Notes under the pieces: model-generated
Database searches by the model: none
The model's input: only the letters and a program-made list of their open reading frames with translations
Told to the model about the DNA's origin: nothing
Shown here: positions 63,801-64,000 of the stretch, in pieces
Numbering within the stretch: position 1 is the stretch's first letter
Layout: every line of letters starts with the position of its first letter
NCBI GenBank assembly: GCA_964247055.1
Contig: OZ176050.1
Span: 9,300,001 to 9,364,000, forward strand
Length of the DNA: 64,000 nucleotides
Source: Paragordius varius
Lineage: Eukaryota > Animalia > Nematomorpha
Direction of reading: 5' to 3'
Made by a program: the position numbers and the translations under genes

Positions 63801-64000
63801 TTGAGGAAATGAATAGTGGATCAAGCAACAGTTGACAGTGCTGAAAATAACAATTCGGATAGTGAAGATGATGAATCAACTACAGATGAGGAATATGAAG
63901 CACCAGAAGAACCAGAAAATGATGAGACATGGCATACCAATACAACATCTATAAGAAACTTTTCTTTTGATGCAGATGCCGCTGGGATTTTTTTGGATAT
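60896..64000 (+). mobile_element. piggyBac-like element (left end plus start of a frameshifted transposase), interrupted by a hAT insertion, running off the window end
   Basis: TTAA|CACGTTGAC end with three subterminal (C)GGCTATAGC(CGTC)-like repeats. After the hAT, an acceptor TTTACAG (63754) precedes ATG 63758. It is followed by an acidic N-terminus SDSEDDESTTDEEYEAPEE..W..RNFSF..AGI typical of PGBD transposases, with one frameshift near 63810. Confidence 0.65.
61314..63613 (-). mobile_element. 2.3-kb decayed SPIN/Buster-type hAT transposon
   Basis: TIRs CAGTGGTACTCA / TGAGTATCACTG with a perfect 8-bp TSD GGTTATAC on both sides. Minus-strand remnants: TSYEICYILGKNMKPFT, IAID*STDISSAPQCALF (frameshifted), DGCPSMIG, and the dimerisation domain VFPYPYTFETAYSKIKYVKNAYRNRLTDDHMDDVLRL. 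Confidence 0.92.

Overview
Very AT-rich animal (eukaryotic) genomic DNA; no prokaryotic, CRISPR or rRNA/tRNA signal was seen. By manual splicing (GT-AG introns, reading-frame phases checked by hand) I reconstruct five protein-coding genes. They are EI24 (+, 1238-3589, 7 exons), ACTL6/Arp4 (-, 9001-3682, 12 exons), an orphan coiled-coil gene (+, ~12787-15710), a full bifunctional PAM amidating enzyme (-, 31254-16811, 28 exons, ~1428 aa, ~340-aa cytosolic tail), and an A-type muscarinic acetylcholine receptor (-, ~46270-39240) with a huge N-terminus and third intracellular loop. The most striking pattern is ten spliceosomal introns of only 21-25 nt. All ten lie among the first four introns of their genes, while all later introns are 48-3135 nt. 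The rest is a dense mix of decayed DNA transposons: mariner, three kinds of hAT, piggyBac, TTAA-flanked MITEs and foldbacks, a Helitron-like element carrying a ~320-bp satellite array, and an RTE-like LINE. The lineage cannot be determined from the sequence. Tiny introns plus neuro-signalling genes suggest a reduced invertebrate genome such as an orthonectid, but this is an unverified guess. All homology statements come from recalled protein motifs, not database searches.
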